From Octopus sinensis (Eukaryota): a stretch of 64,000 nucleotides of DNA. Within the stretch, counting starts at the first letter, position 1. Each line of letters begins with the position of its first letter. The notes under the pieces were generated by a model. It saw only the letters and a program-made list of their open reading frames with translations, was not told where the DNA came from and did not search any database. The stretch covers positions 129,394,001-129,458,000 of the forward strand of contig NC_043000.1 in assembly GCF_006345805.1 (NCBI RefSeq), given 5' to 3'. Position numbers and translations under genes: made by a program. Shown one piece after another: positions 37,880-51,622 of the stretch.

Positions 37880-38701
37880 TAATTTGTTTCAAATTTTGCC
37901 ACAAGGGCAGCAATCTTGGGGGAGGGGATGGGTCGATTACATTGACCCCAGTGTTCAACTGGTACTTATTTTATCGACCCCGAAAATATGAAAGGCAAAG
38001 TCGACCTCAACGGAATTGAAGCTCAGAGCGTAAAGACACCGAAGAAATGCTGTCAAGCATTTTGTACGACACTCTGTCAATTCTTTCAATCCATCGTAAT
38101 AATAATAATAATAATCCTATCTACCATAGGACCTCGGGGGAATTTGAACTTAGAACGTTAAGCATTTCGTCCAGCATGCTAACGGTTCGGCCAGCTCGCC
38201 GTCTTAATAATAGTAATAATAATAATAATTTCTACTATAGGCACGAAGTCTGGAATTTGAGGGGAACGGGGTTGTCGATAGTACTTTTTCGACTTCGAAA
38301 GGATGAAAAACAATGTCGACCTCGGCGGAAGTTGAACTCAGAACGTAAAATTGCTTAGCGGACAAAATGCTTAGCGGCATTTTGTCCGGCGTGTGAAAAA
38401 AAAAAACCCCAGAAAAACACTAGAATCTAAAACACGAACTTCAGAAAATCTGAAAATGCCATTTGTTGTAGGAACTCCCATTTGTTGTAGGAACTCTGAG
38501 AACAGTTGCAAGAATTTCGAGTTGTTGGTTGATGTTGGTTATCGAGATGAGTTTCGTGATTCTACAGTGAGCCATTTTGCTTCGCACAGCAGGAACATTT
38601 ACAAACGTGCTAAGGCTTGTTAACTTAAGGTTGTGAGATACAGCTTAATATCTAGTCATCCAAAGTGGCAGAACTGCATCGGAATACTGAGTGAACGAAA
38701 G

Positions 38702-38762
<61 letters not shown>

Positions 38763-39525
38763 CCTTCCCATTATAGGCACAAGGCCTGAAATTTTGGTGA
38801 AAGATCTAGTAGATTATATCGACCCTAGTACTCAACTGGTTATTATCTCATTGACACTGATAGAATGAAAGACAGTCAACCTTGGCAGGATTTGAACTCA
38901 GAACGTAAAGACGGACAAAATGCCGCTAATAATTTTTTTCAGCATTCCTAACGATTCAACATGCTTGCCGCCTTAATAATAATAATAATAATAATGATGA
39001 TGATGATGATGAAAATTTCTTGATTTGCTACAAGGAGGAGGCAAAAGTACAATAATTATAATAGCAACATTACTAAAACAATATTAATATGCCATGATAC
39101 TAAAGATGGCGAATTGGTGGAATGATTTGCAAGTCGAGAGGGTTCAAATCATGCCCAGGTTAATTTTGTTTTCCATACCCTTTGGGTCTATGAACTAAAT
39201 TGCCAGTCAACAACTATGTTCAATATAAGTGACACGCAGTGCAATTGAACCCACAGTCATGTAGCTTGGAAGCGGATCTTTTAATCGCATACATATGCCG
39301 AAGTCTATAAATACCTATTTCTTTACTACCCACAAGGGGCTAAACACAGAGAGGACAAACACGGACAGACAAACGGATTAAGTCGATTAAATTGACCCCA
39401 GTGCGTAACTGGTACTTATTTAATCGACCCCGAAAGGATGAAAGGCAAAGTCGACCTCGGCGGAATTTGAACTCAGAACGTAACGGCAGACGAAATACGG
39501 CGACGCATTTCGCCCAGCGTAGGTT
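37880..39525 (-). mobile_element. Cluster of degenerate and intact family B SINEs
   Basis: Minus cores at about 37940-38040, 38290-38390, 38810-38970 and 39310-39520; a weak plus copy at about 39100-39240. Confidence 0.75.
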
Positions 39526-40741
39526 GCCTGGATGAAAAGCAGGAATCCTAACTACTAAACAAGTCTGAAACATATCACTTTTAAATCTTTCTTTCTTTCT
39601 TTGATATATATATATATATTTAAATATTTAAAAATATTTTTAATTATTAAATATTTATATGTTTATATACTTGTATGTTTTTAATACTATATTATCTAGA
39701 AATTTATATTGATTTATTAATGTCGAAGAAAGTACACATATATATTGAATATTCTATTGGATAATAGGTCATGTTCCTCTAGTTTTCCGCTGGTATTGCC
39801 TCCATTCAAATTAGCTCAATTTGAGCACTTCGATTCTAGCCTATTTCTGCGCATTGTTAAAGTTGACAATCTCTAAATAAAATTGTATAAGTTTTATATA
39901 TATATATATTATACACACACACACAGAGGTGAGCACATAAGTACAAAATAAGGTGGAAAAATAGTACGCACACTAAACAGTTTTATGAAAAAAGAAAAAA
40001 AAAAACAAAAAGAAAAAACCACGTTCAGAGTAATGTAGTCCTTGATATAACAATTGTAAAACAAGTTTAAACAAGACTGGCTGGAAGGCTCTGTGTCATA
40101 GATCTGTTTGGTTAAAGCTTATCAACCAACCAATGAAAACTGAAAATTCCGGTAAAATATACATAAAAGAATGATTATAAAATGAATGAAAGGCAGTCAT
40201 TTTTCTAGTATAATTCCATTGTTATAATTCCATTTTCCTGAAATGCCAGGGCGGAGCAGTTTATTACTTAATAATCTTAGCAATTTCATCAATATTTACG
40301 ATTTACGACACGACTTATCCCACTTTGTAGATCATATTGGAATTTCTCTTATTACTAAAGAAGCATATATATAATAATAAGACTAATATCATCATCATCA
40401 TCATCATTAACAACAACAGCAACAATTGCTAGAGAAAAACAAAAATGGCAAAACCAGACACAGAAATAACAAAAACAAGAACAGTAACGACAAAAACAAA
40501 ACAATAGCTAAAAAATAAATTTTGAAAAATTTTAATTAGAGAACAATTTATTAAATAATAAAAGTATTGGCCTTGAAATAATTTATGGTTGCAATGCACA
40601 CGACCACCTTGAAACATTGTCGAAAACATCGACATTATTATTATTATTATCATCATCATCATGATTTTCAGAACTTTCTTTTATATATGTTCCAATTCCT
40701 ATTTGCCAGTCTCTGGACATATGGAACAAACAAAAAAAAAT

Positions 40742-40786
<45 letters not shown>

Positions 40787-42118
40787 ATGTGTGTGTGTTA
40801 ATAGTAAAAAGGTCCTTAAAAAAAATAAAGTACAATCATTCCAAACTTCATTTTTAAGGTGAACAGGTAAAAAAACTAAAAAATGTTTCATTAAGATAAT
40901 CATATCAGTGACTCATTTGGTGGTCGATAGTGGGCTTTATATACATTGTATTGGTTATTATATTTTTATGTCATTGTTGATTTCTCAAATTTGGGGTTAT
41001 GCATATATATATATATATACATACATACATACACTCACAGACACAGGCATAAACATGTATGGGCATAATAGATCATGTATATTTATAAATATATTGTCAT
41101 GTGAACACTGTGTTATAGTACCTAGCCAATTCTGGCGCCCTACGTATTGATGTGCTTAGATTCTGTTCAGTCCTTATTACTAATATTTATATATGTATAT
41201 ATATGTACACAGAATGTAGACACACACGCACATACCAGTAAATTTCAATAAAATATAAACTTATGGTGTACGGCATTTAGTTTCATTACATACGCGTACA
41301 AGTGTGTTTGTATATGTAAGTATGGTTGTGTGGATGTATGTCTGTGTGTGTGTGTGTGTGTACGTGCGTCTTACTGTACCAAGATTGATAGAATATGTAA
41401 TCACGTAGCAGTATTGCAGTACAAGATGCTGCTGTTTTGAAACGCGGGAACTACTACTACTACCACTACCTGTAGTAATAGTAGTAATAGTAGCAGTAGT
41501 AGTGCAACTATTATAAAATGTAGTAGAAGCAGCTAAACCAGGAATTGAGTTGATAGTTCGTAGAGTTAATACTTGAGTAGAAGCTGGTTTTATAGAAGTT
41601 ATTAGCTGATACGTTAGTAGCCATAGTACAGTTGAATAAGTACTTGTGTAGTGGTAGCTGTGGTATGTTATACCAGTTGTACTACGTTTAATGTCACTGC
41701 TTTTGCTATAATAGTAAGTAGCATTAAATAGTAAACAGACAAATACTTCCTGTTGAAGTAGTCGTGGTCATCGTTGTCGTCGTAGCAGTTGCGGTAATAG
41801 TAGTAGTAGTCATAAGTAAGTAACTTAGCCCCCCAAAAAAATAAATAAAAGAACACAAGAAAAAGTGCCGCCAAAAACAATTGAAGAAAGCAGACGATAA
41901 TGTAATTGGTGAAAACAGCTTAGATTGCCATATTTTCGAATCTTTGTCAATCAAATTGACAGTTGCATTCCTGATTTGAATTGCTTAATTATCTACAAGT
42001 TACACTATACTTCATTATACAATTTTGATAACTCGTATAGTTTTTCTTAATTCTCAGAGACACACGCAGACACATGTATGTAAGACACATGTGCCAATGT
42101 TTATAACGATATCGATAT

Positions 42119-42160
<42 letters not shown>

Positions 42161-42194
42161 ATATATATATTATATGTGTGTGTGTGTGTGGTGT

Positions 42195-42365
42195 ATGTAT
42201 GTATAAATGTATATATTAATGCATACGTATGTGTTATGTATGTATAAGTGTATATATTAATGCATACGTATGTGTGCATGTATGTATAAGTGTATATATT
42301 AATGCATACGTATGTGTGCATGTATGTATAAGTGTATATATTAATGCATACGTATATGTGTATGC
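42195..42365. repeat. 42-bp minisatellite, about four copies
   Basis: atgtatgtataagtgtatatattaatgcatacgtatgtgtgc repeated. Confidence 0.9.
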
Positions 42366-43222
42366 ATGTGTGAGTGTATTTCTCTCGTTGCATACATATA
42401 CGCACAAATATACATACGTGTACAAATATCTTTAAAAGTGTGTTCATACGTGTATATAAAAGTAGATAAATACATGTCTCTGCTTGTCGTGCCTGTTTCA
42501 GGGTTACTGCTGATGTGATTTAGCCTCAGAGAAGCAGCGTTCGAGCAGATCTCTGATCAAAGGCATTTCTGCGATGATCGTCCAGTCTTTATCCTCCAAT
42601 ATCTCACGAACCCAGCTTTAAATTATCCAAAACACTCCTTGTTAAGATGGTAGGATGTGATTTGAGGAAAATAGACTGCTATGTCTAAAAATTCGCATGA
42701 ACATGTATAGGCTCCCACACGTGCCAAAATTTGTTTGGGTCTTCCACAATACGTGTGTGTATTTCTGAGTAGATTTACCAGTACAAATATGTGAGTGTCT
42801 GTGTGTGGCTTATCTATTATACGTTTGCTTGTACATGTGTGTGGCCTACCTCCTATATGTATGCGTGTATCAGTGCGTGGGTGTCTAGAATTTGCATTTG
42901 CATATCTCTGTACTTGGCTCATCAACAATATATATATACTTATGCCTGTGTGAGTTGCCTCGTAGGTGGATGTAAGTACAAAACTATTTGAATATATTCA
43001 TTTACCGACTAAATATTATTTCAACTTTCAATGCAAGATGGCGGTCGATAAAATTATTCCAAAATTACGTCAGAGGTATTGTTCTATGGTAATTGATAAT
43101 GAGAAACATTTCTAAATTACGCAACCGTGAAAAGTATACATTATACATTTTATCGTTTTCTATGCTATATCTTAAGTATAGATAATTACTTATTTTGAAT
43201 GCTCATGTCACTTTGCGCTCAT

Positions 43223-43322
43223 NNNNNNNNNNNNNNNNNNNNNNNNNNNNNNNNNNNNNNNNNNNNNNNNNNNNNNNNNNNNNNNNNNNNNNNNNNNNNN
43301 NNNNNNNNNNNNNNNNNNNNNN
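43223..43322. other. Assembly gap (100 N)
   Basis: Run of N. Confidence 1.
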
Positions 43323-43329
43323 GACATTT

Positions 43330-43560
43330 CTAACATTCACGGTTTTAGGAACACTTGTGTGCTGGGGTTTCTGCTGTACTCCGTCTCTGAATATAAGAGT
43401 CAATGTCTTTCCAAGCCGTGAAGCAGCTCTGTAGGTGTTTCAGCTTTTACTCTCGCAATACTAGAGCCTAGCAGCACGAATTATTTTGAGTCAGATGTTG
43501 CGATTCTGGGCCAGATGTTTTCATCCTCCTCAATGTTCACTTTTGCTGCACCGCTCATCT
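43330..43560 (-). pseudogene. Possible RTE-type LINE C-terminal remnant
   Basis: KHLAQNRNI*LKIIRAA resembles the RTE xLAQDRxxWRxxI motif; heavily decayed. Confidence 0.3.
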
Positions 43561-44085
43561 CTCACTCGAGCCAGTCGTAGCTCTTTTATTATTATTATAA
43601 CTAACCGAATTATATATAGAAAATTTTGTTACTTTGCTAGAAATATTCCAGTCTTTACAGAAATGATAAAAAGAATTAAAAAAAGAAAAAAATATAACAT
43701 ACACATTAACTTTTTTTTAGTCATTGCTTCCCCATTACCAGCTAAGAGCTTCCTTGTATATACATTCGTATATCCTTATTAATACTAATTGTTACTATGA
43801 CTAGTTTATTCCTGCTACAAGATTTTGGATCACAAGTGATATATATTGGCCTGGATCCCAGCCAACATCTTGGAAGTTAGAGGAAAATATGAAAATCGGA
43901 TTAGTTCGGCCTCGCCTCGGTAGCCAAATAAGGTCATTTCAGTGAGTCAGCAAAAGACGACCAGCAAGAAATTGCCTGATGGAAAAAGATGGAAATTCTA
44001 ACATAATACTAGATATCTGTCTACATACATACATACATACATACATACATACATACATACATACATACATACATACATACATACA

Positions 44086-44116
<31 letters not shown>

Positions 44117-45042
44117 GTATACTTGTATTTAACTATCTCCGAATACATTTACACACAAGAACCACACACATACACATAGATAAAATTATTAATGAACTGA
44201 GAGGTTTTATAATTGAATGTGTGTGTATATATGAATCTTTCTCCTAAACTCAGTCTGCCTATCTCTTTCGTCCGTTCTCCTCTGTGTCTGCCTCTGTCTT
44301 TTTCTGTCTGTATGTTTCTCTTTCAATCTGTCCCGCCTTTTCTCTCTGAATATATATATAAATATATACACACACAAAGAAATCACAGGGACTTAGTGAT
44401 TTCTTTGCCTTCTTTTCTTACTCACTTTTCACTTCACTATGTCCCTGTTATTTTTTCTCGCCCCTCCTTAATTCTTCTGTCCATCTGCTTCTACAACTCT
44501 CTCTTCACTTTCCCCTCCTTAATTCTTTTGTTCCTCTTTTTCTCTCTCGTCTCACGTGACCGATAGGTCAGACTGCTAGCGGTCTCTGACTGTGGTCACT
44601 GCCCCATCAATATTCTTCCCTGTGTTTCTGAAAGTTTTGTATCTCTGCCGTAAGGCTTCATTTCCACACAGGCCAGCTGAATTCAATTCGTCCCCACTCG
44701 AAAGACACCTGTTGTTATGTCCTGTTGTTGTTGTTATTATTATAATTATTGTATTTATATTTGTGTAACATCATCTGTTTTTCCGTACTTGTTTTCGTAT
44801 ACATTCGATGCTTTCTTCCAAGAAACCTAATGCTCTTAGCTTAGTTTATTCCTTGGGGCTGGCCAGATTGGAGCAATCTCAAGATTAATCAGCCGAAATT
44901 GCAAGGAGAATCCCGTTTTTGACTGAGGATAGAAAGCTTCGAATGACCCGTCCTTGTTTTTTTGTATCGTCTGTCTGGCTGTTTATTGTCCCTTTTTGTA
45001 TCACCTAGTTGTCCGGCTGTTTTGCGTTCTGTCCCATTTGTG

Positions 45043-45117
<75 letters not shown>

Positions 45118-45206
45118 CATATATATAATATATATAATATATATATATATTATATATAATTCAAATATTGAGGTATATAAATATTGAGGTATATATGTGT
45201 ATATAC

Positions 45207-45241
<35 letters not shown>

Positions 45242-45846
45242 CGTACATATACACCTGAATATTTGAATACTTATATGCATACATATATACGTACATATCC
45301 ATACATAGTGGTGCATTCATACACGCACACACATACGTATATAAACTTATATATTGGCATTTTAAATACTTGTATGCATATGTGTGTGTTTGTGTCTCTT
45401 ACGTGTGTGCACAGCGTGCATTTATGTACATTATGTATATACATAAAAACATTTATATGAATATACATGTGTATATGTATGAATGTATGTTTGCGTGTGT
45501 GTGTTCCCTTGTATCCTTCTACGTATATGCGTTCGCACCTATGTAACACGATTGGTCCTGAAGAAACTATTAAAATATTGCTATATTATTAATATATTTT
45601 AGATAAAGTATAAAACAGTCTCAAAGAAACAAAGAATTTAGACAAAAAAAAAATAGGAAGAACCTCCATCTGAACGCGCCCAAACAAATAAGATAGCAAT
45701 TTTTTTATCACATGCTGAGATTTAAATAGGTTTTTAGATATTTATAGTGTCCCCCTTGTTGATGAATCTCGAGAACATGAATTCTTTTCTCTTAGCCTAA
45801 AATAACCAATGAACCTATCGTTATATATATATATATATATAATATC

Positions 45847-45874
<28 letters not shown>

Positions 45875-45877
<3 letters not shown>

Positions 45878-46075
45878 GAGAGTTTACGAAAAAAACAACA
45901 AAAGACGAAGACAGGTGGTGTACAAAACAAACAGATGTATTAGTATAACGCTCAGGAATAGAAAAAAAGTATTTTACGTTTCGAGCCTACGCTCTTCTAC
46001 ACAAAGGGACAGAAAAAAGGAGAGAAACAAGGAGAGAAAAATGTGTGTAGTGGCTAACGATCTATCATGGCGATG
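45875..46075 (-). mobile_element. Short element with degenerate hammerhead; 3' end abuts (TA)n
   Basis: Minus strand GAA-GAGC(GUAG)GCUC-GAAAC-GUA; the downstream cctgagcgt..aatac block is shared with 49181-49393. Confidence 0.55.
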
Positions 46076-47099
46076 AATTAAATAGAAAGTCAGTATATTG
46101 GCTGCAGGTTCAGAATAAGCTACCGAATAATTTCCACCTTTTTTTAACAATTGGATTTTAATATGATTTATATCTATTCTCTAAAACGATGTTTTAAACA
46201 ATGAGAAAATCAAGCGTTCCTATATTATGATTCTCCTATCTGGTGAAATTGCAACAAAGCTGAGTGATAATGGTGTGAGATGTAGCATGCAAACCATCGT
46301 ATAACTTGTTTTATTCTCATCTTCCGTTTTACTTTGACATGCGCACTATGTTTTATTATTCTCTACCGTTTTATGAATTCAGTGTGCATATGCGCATTGC
46401 GTGTTCATACTTCGCTTTCTGGTTTGTATTCAGAACTGCTTATGTATCACAACCATCTCACGAACGTGCGTTCGTGATGAACCTTTGACGCTTTGATAGT
46501 TGTAAAATAAAAGGAACTGTAGAGATTGACAGATGACACAGTTTTTATAGTTGCGCGATTTATTTACATTATTTATGGGTAAACTGCAGCCTGCAGGACT
46601 TTCTAAATGGTACGCCAACAAAAAATAACCTTGAATTTTTTATATGCGGCCCGCCTGATGATGAGTCATGTCTCAAGTAACCTCTCGAGATAGGTTGTCC
46701 ATACCTGATTTATACATTAGATATTGTCTTTCCACAATATATATATTACAGAAACAACAACAAATAAAAATATCAAATAAGTAAAAAAAAAAATCTCCTT
46801 ACCATCAACAAAGCAACGCCACAAGCTGCTCCACCTAAAGCGTTTAGATAAGTGTAGAAAAGATCAGAAATAGCAGAGAAGCAGCCCTGAAAATATATAA
46901 AAGAGAAAGTCATTTAGAAATATGAATATATAAGATACAGTGTTTTCCAACCATTTAAGGATGGAGACGCAATTCTGTTTTGCTTGAAATGAGACAATAA
47001 AAAAAATAGATGAAAATTTCACGATACATCAAAGTATCTCAATACACAAGTTACAAAGTGTTGCTGCAGCATATAAAACGTCTGCTATTACATTCATTA

Positions 47100-47740
47100 T
47101 AGTTATCGTTATTTTCTTTTTATTCTTCTTTCTTTTCTTCCTTTTCTTCTTCTTCCTCTTTCTTTTCTTCTTCTTAATCCTCCTCTCCTTCCTCTTCTTA
47201 GTCCTCTTCTTCTTCTTCTTAGTCTTCTTCTTCTTCATCTTCGTCCTCTTCCTCTTCGTCTTCGTCTTCTTCGTCCTCTTATTCTTCCTCGTCCTCTTCG
47301 TCTTCTTCCTCGTCCTCTTCTTCTTCTTCGTCCTCTTCTTCTTCGTCCTCTTCCTTCCTCTTCTTCTTCTTCTTCTTCTTCTTCTTCTTCGTCCTATTCT
47401 TCTTCTTCGTCCTCTTCGTCTTCTTTTTCCTCTTCTTCATTGTCATCATTACTAATATCCCAATCACTGACATCCTTCTCCTTCACCATCATCTTCACCC
47501 CACCACTAGCTTTTCTAGTGTTGTCGATCTCATCACAGCTGTTGTTCTTCTAGTCATCATCATCGCCACCGTCATCGTTACTATCGTCATCATATTCGTC
47601 ATCGTCACCGTTGTCATCATGAGCATTGTCAACATCAATCTAAACACCATTATCTTCCTCATTAATATATCAAGTTTTCTCTTCTATCATCATCATCACC
47701 ACCATAATCACTCACTTCACCACCATCGCTACAGTCACCT
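47100..47740. repeat. (TTC/TCC/GTC)n and (CAT)n trinucleotide tracts
   Basis: Direct reading. Confidence 0.95.
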
Positions 47741-47844
47741 CCACCTCCAATGTGCAACTGCTACACAATCTATCACACTTTTCAACCAATGATCATTAAT
47801 ACACCACTCAATGTTAAAAAAGTAAAGACATCCGCAAATTAGTC

Positions 47845-48175
47845 TTTTCTACTCTAGGCACAAGGCCCGAAATTTTTGGGGAGGGGACCAGTCGATTAGA
47901 TCGACCCCAGTACGTAACTGGTACTTAATTTATCGACCCCGAAAGAATGAAAGGCAAAGTCGAACTCGGCGGAATTTGAACTCACAACATAAAAACAGAC
48001 GAAATACCTATTTCTTTACTACCCACAAGGGGCTAAACACAGAGAGGACAAACAAGGACAGACAAACGGATTAAGTCGATTATATCGACCCCAGTACGCA
48101 ACTGGTACTTACTTAATCGACCCCGAAAGGAGGAAAGGCAAAGTCGACCTCGGCGGAATTTGAACTCAGAACGTA
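47845..48175 (-). mobile_element. Dimeric family B SINE
   Basis: Reverse complement of the 19873-20270 structure, lacking the head. Confidence 0.88.
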
Positions 48176-48342
48176 GCCTTCTAAAAATTGTATCAACGTC
48201 CCGCAAACTATTACCAAACCCACCTCTCTATACCACCACAATCATGCATGGCACCGTCTCCTCTCCTATCTTAGATCCCGCCATTGCCGATGTCTTTTTA
48301 ACTGAGTACTTATTGAGTCATCTGAACACAGGACAGAACCCG

Positions 48343-48751
48343 ACTCTCTTTTACTTGTTTCAGTCATGTGACTGTGGCCATGCTGGAACACCGCCTTTAG
48401 TCGAGCAAATCGACCCCCAAGGACTTATTGTTTGTAAGCCTAGTACTTATTCTATCGGTCTATTTTGCCGAACCGCTAAGTTACGGGGACGTAAACACAC
48501 CAGCATCGGCTGTCAAGCGATGTTGGGGGCAGGGACAAACACAGACACACAAACATATGCACACATACATATATATATACATATATACATTGAGCTTCTT
48601 TCAGTTTCCATTTGCCAAATCCACTCACTAGGCTTTGGTCGGCCCGAGTGTATAGTAGAAGGCACTTGCCCAAGGTACCACGCAGTGGGACTGAACCCGG
48701 AACCATGTGGTTGGTAAGCAAGCTACTTACCACATAGCCGCGCCTACGCCT
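48343..48751 (-). mobile_element. SINE family A
   Basis: Consensus match. Confidence 0.88.
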
Positions 48752-48853
48752 ACGACATTCACTTTTCGTATGGTTTCCATGAATCAAATCTAAAACGGAT
48801 AAAATTTATTGATTGCCACATTTAGAACCGTATTTAAAAGCAGCAGTTGACAT

Positions 48854-48889
<36 letters not shown>

Positions 48890-49126
48890 TGTGATAATCT
48901 AACTTTTGATACAGCACTGAGATATGACATCATCCAGACAAGCAAAACTTAACGCTGTTAACATCGTAAATATTAGAAATATCATACAAATATATACTTT
49001 CAACGAATAAGTAGACATTCGATTGCCAGAAGATATTAACAGGACAAACACAAGTAGATGTCGACTGAGTAATTGTAACACATACACAGAACGACCTCTT
49101 CATATGATATATATATATAAAAATAT

Positions 49127-49180
<54 letters not shown>

Positions 49181-49392
49181 CAGTATGTGACCTCGTCTGT
49201 ACCACTAGCGATTTTTTTCCCCTGTCTTCCCTTCTCGGGATCTTTCCTTCTCCTATGTTTCCGACGAAGAGCTCCGCTCGAAACGTCAAACCCTCCTTCT
49301 TCCCTTCTTTCCTGAGCGTCCAATAATACTTTATTTGTTCCACGTCCTTGTGTTGTTGTGTTTTTTTGTTTTTGTTTTCTTGTTTGCATTAA

Positions 49393-49393
<1 letters not shown>
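49181..49393 (+). mobile_element. 213-bp hammerhead-bearing element inside a (TA)n tract
   Basis: (TA)n on both flanks; contains the 49257-49291 fold. Confidence 0.65.
49257..49291 (+). ncRNA. Minimal type I hammerhead ribozyme with palindromic stem III
   Basis: GUUU-CCGACGA-A-GAGC(UCC)GCUC-GAA-ACGU-C/AAAC. Stem I 4 bp, stem II 4 bp, loopless self-complementary ACGU, GUC triplet. Confidence 0.75.
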
Positions 49394-49435
<42 letters not shown>

Positions 49436-50859
49436 ATATATATATATATATATATATTTATATAAATAAGGATGAGATCGTTATTTAAATACCGATCTTA
49501 TCAGGTGGCCAGCATGGTAATAAAAACCTTCAAAGGTAAATATTGTTAAAATTATAATTCAGGGTATCTAAGAGAAACCACCAAACTGGAAATAGCAACC
49601 AAAACTTGACTCTAAAATCGCATTAAATGTTCATACAGTACCAGGAGAGAAGACAAAGAGACAAAATATACTAGCTCGCACACGCACGCACATGCACACA
49701 CACACAAACACACGTGTCAATTAATTATTCTCAACCGTTAAATGTTGACTTGATGAATGCAATATTGTCAAAATATAGCCTACATAAAAAGTGAATTACG
49801 AATTTCAAAAAACAATATGAAATGAAACAAGCAGTCGATTAGTTACAATTAACGACCAAGTGACCATTATCACAAATGGGGGTCAGATTGAGAGGTGGTA
49901 GCAACTGTCAACAGATGTTTGCTAGATAAATACTACCTATAGTTAACGTCCTGACGTCCACTACCTGGTGGTGTCGACGAGATATCCACTAATTTATAGT
50001 TGTCAATGATGTGTTGACTCGATAAATGCTACCAGATGTGGGCCAGAAATGCACTACCTACAAATGGTGACTACATAAATACATTAGCATGTAAGTTTCT
50101 GAACAGGCACGTGTATTCTTAGTATAATTTTCAGGTAGATCCAGTGACATTGTACATAACAAAGCTCTGCCTTCTCATTTACAGTTGCAATCCATAGAAA
50201 ATGACAATTGCCCAAGATACGATACGGCGAGATCGAACCCAAGACCTTGTGATATGAAGTGAACTTCTAAGCTGTACATCCATACTACGCACGCACCCCC
50301 CACACACACATACATTTGCAAGTTGGCTGAATAGGAGAAGTGTCGGATAAATTATTCCAGCTTCGTCCGTTCTGAGCTCAAATCTCACCGAGGTTAATGT
50401 CGCTTGTTATTTTTCCGGGAATGATAAATAAAGTACCAATATCGGACAGTAGACGGGTGGAATCGTTTGTTCTGATTTCAAAACTCACAATAGCCAACAT
50501 GGTTGGTGCATGTAATCAGCGGTGCGATTGAACTCTACCACCTGGTGATTGGGTATCTTTAGTAGAGACCATTCGAGCCATATCTATAGTTTCAGGATAA
50601 TTTCCAGCCTCTTTCTAACCAATCAGGGAGTGTCTGAACAACGTCATGGGTATTGTTCTTGAGTGCACTACATCTTATAGCAGAAACGACTGTAAGCTAA
50701 TGAAGTGCATTGCATAATCTGTTTCTTTGTCATTTATCTAACTTCATGTTACTCTCTGTATTCGACTAACGTTTTATTCTATATAAGCATATTGAGTTCT
50801 TACATCAGGTTATTAGCATCGCCATGCCTAAGCGATATATATATGTGTGTGTGTGTGGA

Positions 50860-51150
50860 AGGGCAATGGACCAGTGGTTAGGGCAGCGGACTCGCGGTCG
50901 TAGGATCGCGGTTTCGATTCCCAGACCGGGCGTTGTGAGTATTTATTGAGCGAAAACACCTAAAGTTCCACGAGGCTCCAGAAGGTGGTGGTGGTGATCC
51001 CTGCTGTACTTTTTCGCCACAACTTTCTCTCATTCTTTCTTCTGTTGGCCTGCTCGCTTGGCCAGCGGGGTGGCGTCATTTGAAGGCTAAAACAATGCGA
51101 AGCGCATTGTGACCAGCGATGTGTAGCAACATTAATAGCCTGGCCGATCA
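50860..51150 (+). mobile_element. SINE family C with alternative tail
   Basis: tRNA-like head gcaatggaccagtggttagggcagcggactcgcggtc..ggtttcgattccc. Confidence 0.85.
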
Positions 51151-51171
51151 AGGTGATATATATATATATAT

Positions 51172-51380
51172 ACTCTTTACTCTTTTACTTGTTTCAGTCA
51201 TTTGACTGCGGCCATGCTGGAGCACCGCCTTTAGTCGAGCTAATCGACCCCGGGACTTATTCTTTGTAAGCCCAGTACTTATTCTATCGGTCCCTTTTGC
51301 CGAACCGCTGAGTGACGGGGACGTAAACAAACCAGCATCGGTCATCAAGCAATGCTAGGGGGACAAACACACACACACAA

Positions 51381-51474
<94 letters not shown>

Positions 51475-51622
51475 CGACAGGCTTCTTTCAGTTTCCATCT
51501 ACCAAATCCACTTACAGGGCATTGGTCGGCCCGGGGCTATAGCAGAAGACACTTGCCCAAGATGCCACGCAGTGGGACTGAACCCGGAACCATGTGGTTG
51601 GTTAGAAAGCTACTTACCACAC
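51172..51622 (-). mobile_element. SINE family A
   Basis: Consensus match. Confidence 0.9.

Noticed and set aside
43034-43072. YY1-like CAAGATGGCGG and CRE-like TTACGTCA beside the gap
   Set aside because: Short motifs expected by chance in 64 kb; no CpG island or first exon visible.
44915-44960. CTGAGGA..GAAT-GAC-CC-GTC hammerhead-like string in an element ending at (TA)n
   Set aside because: GAAT instead of GAAA, no A15.1-U16.1 pair and no stem I.
46650-46705. CTGATGA followed by a hairpin (possible hammerhead)
   Set aside because: No GAAA half-core or stem I partner downstream; at most a deleted relic.
47029-47473. Lys-rich and Glu/Asp-rich ORFs
   Set aside because: Trinucleotide repeat tract with no splice or domain support.
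48180-48340. Possible L1/Tx1 RT C-terminal scrap on the minus strand (KIG..RGGFG..RDV)
   Set aside because: Similarity too weak to call by eye.
50860-50935. tRNA-like sequence
   Set aside because: It is a SINE head continuing into a SINE body; no complete cloverleaf.
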